64,000 bases of DNA from Camelus ferus (taxonomy: Eukaryota), in NCBI RefSeq assembly GCF_009834535.1, contig NC_045701.1, forward strand, positions 76,818,001 through 76,882,000, in the 5' to 3' direction. This document shows positions 63,500 through 64,000 of this stretch, in pieces. Under the pieces are notes generated by a model that worked only from the letters and a program-made list of their open reading frames with translations, was not told the origin of the DNA and did no database searches. The translations under genes were made by a program, and so were the position numbers. The stretch's first letter is position 1; each line of letters starts with the position of its first letter.

Positions 63500-64000
63500 C
63501 ATTCTTTGAAACTTTTCTCCTGCTCTCAAGACTTAAACTATATCCAGCCCACCCTGATTCTTCGCCAAGAATTTTGCTTTATATTTTAATGAAATAAACT
63601 ATTTAAATGTATCTGATTTATATTTCTTCGGCCTCTATTTACTCCAAATGAATCTCCATCCTCTTCTTGTCTCTGAGAAAGAAGTTTCCCTCTTCCCATC
63701 TGGGATTAGCTTGTTCATCAATTTCCCCACCAGCACAGGGGAGTGTCCACCCCCGTCTTCCCCTCTCAGTTTTGCATGTTCAAGTTTGCCGTCTGTATTG
63801 AATCCTTAATTTCAGTTTGCATGTGCTCTCAAACCTCCATTATCAAATCCACATGTCTTTACTCCTACAGGTCCTTCCACCAAGAAAGACCTTCACCATT
63901 TATGTATATTCCTGAATCTTTTGAAGACCAGTGATAATGCTACATCCTTCAAAGAACTTTCCCCTAAAGAAGTACTCCTTCTTTTCAAGGCCCCACTGAA
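63500..64000 (+). mobile_element. L2 ORF2-derived fragment
   Basis: Pyrimidine-rich sequence with L2-like phrases such as gaattttgctttatattttaatgaaataa and ctctgagaaagaagtttccctc. Confidence 0.5.

Noticed and set aside
1-64000. tRNA, rRNA, snRNA, snoRNA, miRNA or NUMT
   Set aside because: No recognisable sequence or convincing long hairpin by eye; an Infernal/Rfam scan would be needed to exclude them formally.

Overview
AT-rich eutherian genomic DNA with three short N gaps, consistent with a scaffolded short-read assembly. It is most likely camelid: young L1 3' ends are of the camelid/cetartiodactyl type, and I saw no Alu, B1/B2, Bov-A/tA, PRE1, SINEC or ERE SINEs. I recognise no intact protein-coding gene, RNA gene or CRISPR array. 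The window reads as intergenic DNA or a large intron, filled with old MIR, L2 and L1M elements, MaLR/ERVL LTRs (MLT1, MLT2, MER21-like) and DNA transposons (MER20, MER58B, MER8). The one identifiable gene-derived sequence is a full-length processed RPL18A pseudogene (53227-53871, minus strand) with TOP tract, poly(A) and a 15-bp TSD. I found no convincing novel biological system. Best leads: (1) the retrocopy keeps about 41 CpGs and its replacement changes are skewed A/T to G/C; (2) a TSD-bounded L1 that keeps ORF1 but lacks nearly all of ORF2 (half-L1-like), nested in an older L1; (3) unverified micro-exon and first-exon candidates in repeat-poor blocks. Repeat family names are recalled by eye and most repeat boundaries are approximate.
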